Part shown: one piece after another, positions 60,861-64,000 of the stretch
Layout of the letters: each line of letters begins with the position of its first letter
Numbering within the stretch: the first letter of the stretch is position 1
Assembly (NCBI RefSeq): GCF_009914755.1
Contig: NC_060930.1
Length of the DNA: 64,000 bases
Origin: the human T2T-CHM13v2.0 reference genome, Homo sapiens
Strand: one strand, 5' to 3'
The notes under the pieces: model-generated
What the model was told of the DNA's origin: nothing
Seen by the model: only the letters and a program-made list of their open reading frames with translations
Databases searched by the model: none
Made by a program: the position numbers and the translations under genes

Positions 60861-61755
60861 TATACTCTCCTTCCCAAACACCAACACCCCTGACTCCAAA
60901 ATGACAGCACTGTTAGCTTTTTCACTGAATTCATACCCTGAACTGGGTTTCACAAATGATGACTTTTATAACCAGTAGAAATAGTTAAATAAAAAATTCA
61001 CTTAAGCTCCCAGCAAACAAAACGTGCAAATGTATTTTACACTCAGCAATATACTAATGAATCTCCCTGTCTGCACTTGACTTAGGATAGCACAGGGCAC
61101 ACGATTCAGGAAACGTTTTTCAGCTAACAATCAATATTGGAATCCAGCACCATTTCATACGCACAGGAAGACATTACTCTACAAACAGGAAATGAACACA
61201 AAGACTTGAGCTCCGGAGTGCCAGACTCCATCTTGCCAATTATGTATTTCCCCAAATTCTCAAGTCCTTTAGTACAAGAAGTCCACTTAATTTCTTTCTC
61301 TAAATATGCTTTACAGTGGCCTGCAGTAATGTGTGAGCCATATGCCTCTCCTAAGCACCTTCTCTTGTGAGACTGCCTCTCCTCAAAGCTGTGCCGGGAG
61401 CCAGGGACCGTAGTGAGAGCCACACAACATTTGCTCATGAGCAGGTTTTTTGACCATTTTCATAGATATCTCTGAATGTTTCAATTTGAATGATGTCCCT
61501 AATCATTTTTAAACGTTGTTAACATTTGCAAATCTACAGCTATAGCTACGGAATGACTATGTTCTAGTATTTGTCAGTTCTATAAGAAAGGCTGAAAATT
61601 ATGAGCTCTATAACGATAACTACATCAGACAATTTACAAATGTGTTTAAATACACACTTCGTACTGAAATCATGGTGTGTATGAAAACGACTACTTTATT
61701 AGAAGGTACTATCAACATAATTTCGGAGTTTTCCAGATAGCTCAGGGTACACTAG

Positions 61756-62306
61756 TGTCAGAGCTGTTTGAACCAGAGCAACTCCATCTTGAATACGCCT
61801 GAGTGAAACAAGGCTGAGACCTGCTGGGCTGCATTCCCAGACGGTTAAGGCGTTCTGAGTCACAGGATAAGATACGAAGTTGGTACAAGACACAGGTCAT
61901 AAAGACCTTGCTGGTAAAACAGGTTGCAGTAAAGAAGCTGGCTAAAACCCACCAAAACCAAGATGGTGACGTGAGTGACTCTGGTCGTCCTCACGGCTAC
62001 ACTCCCACCAGCACCATGACAGTTTACAAGTACCATGGCAACACCAGGAAGTTACCCTATATGTCTGAAAAGAGGAGGCATGAATAATTCACCCCTTGTT
62101 TAGCATATAATCAAGAAATAACCATAAAAATGGGTAACCAGCCGCCCTCAGGGCTGCTCTGTGTATGGAGTAGCTACTCTTTTATTCCTTTCCTTTCCTC
62201 ATAAACTTGCTTTCACTTTGCTGTATGGACTCACCTCAAATTCTTTCTTGCACGAGATCCAAGAACCCTCTCTTGGAGTATGGATTGGGACCCCTTTCCA
62301 GTAACA
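61756..62306 (+). mobile_element. MER41A solo LTR (ERV1)
   Basis: TGTCAGAGCTGTTTGAACCAGAGCAACTCCATCTTGAATA...GAGATCCAAGAACCCTCTCTTGG...CCCCTTTCCAGTAACA; perfect 4-bp TSD CTAG; 551 bp. Confidence 0.92.
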
Positions 62307-62356
62307 CTAGTACCTGCTTACCATAATGAAACACTACCAGTTGAGATGAGAAATGC

Positions 62357-62666
62357 ATTTTTTTTTTTCGAGACAAAGTCTTACTCTGTCACCTGGGCCA
62401 GAGTGCAGTGGTGCCATCTCAGGTCACTGCAACGTCCGCCTCCTGGATTCAAGCAATTCTCCTGACTCAGCCTCCGAGTAGCTGGGACTATAGGTGCATG
62501 CTGCCATGCCTGGCTAATTTTTTTTTTTTTTTTTTTTTTGTATTTTAGTAGATACAGGGTTTCACTGTGTTGCCCAGGCTGGTCTCGAACTCCTGAACTC
62601 AGGCAATCCTCCTGCCTCGGCCTCCCAAAGTGCTAGGATTATAGGTGTGAGCCACCGTGCCCGGCC
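62357..62666 (-). mobile_element. Alu (AluS-type) with long middle T-run
   Basis: Full antisense dimer. Confidence 0.94.
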
Positions 62667-62725
62667 GCATATCTTAAAACCTAAAGAATTAGAAACAGAG
62701 AACCCATTTTAAAATGAGTCACTAA

Positions 62726-63055
<330 letters not shown>

Positions 63056-64000
63056 TGTAAGTTACTTTTAAACACACTGAAACAAAGTGTGTAGCTCCAA
63101 GAAACTACAAAGAGGGAAAACAGTTTCCATTCAGTGCCTTGCAGGATTTGTAAGAGGCTTTCCATGTTGGCTTGTGAGCAGCAGGAGTGAAAGAAGCTGG
63201 GATGGAGGAATGCACACTGGGCAGGGAGAGATGGAAAGGAAAAATACCAGCTGTCTCTGATTGCTGACAGCAAAGAAAAGACAGGGAACAACTGCAAAAC
63301 CAATGCTTGTTGGTAGGTTTTCAAATCACTCCCAAACTCCCCTCTTTCACTCCTCTACCCGCTCCCACCCCCCGCAATACCTCAGAAAAAGTAACCTTTC
63401 CTTAAGTACAAAAACAAACAAAGGAAAGAAAGCTTATGGGAGTTGGGAAAACATAAAGAATGTAAATGAGCCTCCACATCTTTCCCAATGAATGTGGAGC
63501 AGGAATTCCCACTGGAATGTTGGCATTCCATATTTTTCCAACCCAGTATTTTTGGTGGAATTGCTGTTCAGACATAAACATTTACTCTCCTTCTCCGATT
63601 CCACAAGTCAGGGGCTCATTTCTATATAAAAGAGTGACAACAGAGAGGACATTCATTTAAATCTACTGTAAATTCCAGGCCCTCAAATAATTTGTTAAAA
63701 ATCCGTTTAAAAAGATAAATAGTAATTTTGCTCCTGAAAGTGTTATGGGAAATTTTTATATTTTGTCTTTAATGAATCAACAGAAAGAAATGAGTTTTTT
63801 TTTTTTCAAGAATAGCTGTTCTTTGACATTTAATTTTCTCAGCATTGCAGCCTTCTGAAAATTGTGTATAGCAAATAAGATACGAAATGTGCATACCCTC
63901 AGCATTAAAATTATTTCCTAGAGTAATTTTAAGTCTTGCAACAAAAATAAATTCTTGACATTGCTCATTTAAGGAGTGGAACTGTTAGGAGTTATAACAC

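Overview
Primate (most likely human) non-coding genomic DNA. I find no credible protein-coding exon: every long ORF in the track is explained by a tandem repeat, an Alu, or a decayed L1 or Tigger1 coding sequence. Roughly half the window is interspersed repeat. This includes a young 5'-inverted L1PA2-type insertion with a perfect 16-bp TSD and a layered 3' tail, several older L1s (a 12.7-kb nested stack at 26.3-39.0 kb), a near full-length Tigger1, ten Alus, solo LTRs (MSTB, MLT1, MLT2A1, THE1D, LTR14-like, MER41A) and a 33-nt tailless U2 snRNA retrocopy. The unusual content is the tandem repeats: five minisatellites and a 346-bp pure-purine tract. The best leads are a 29-bp array that multimerises CCAAT/SOX/GC-box motifs like a promoter (43180-43382), a CpG-dense VNTR with 8 ZFP57-type TGCCGC hexamers (2-586), and two arrays with higher-order periodicity. 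I cannot support a wholly new biological system from sequence alone. Subfamily names come from recalled consensus features, not from a database search.
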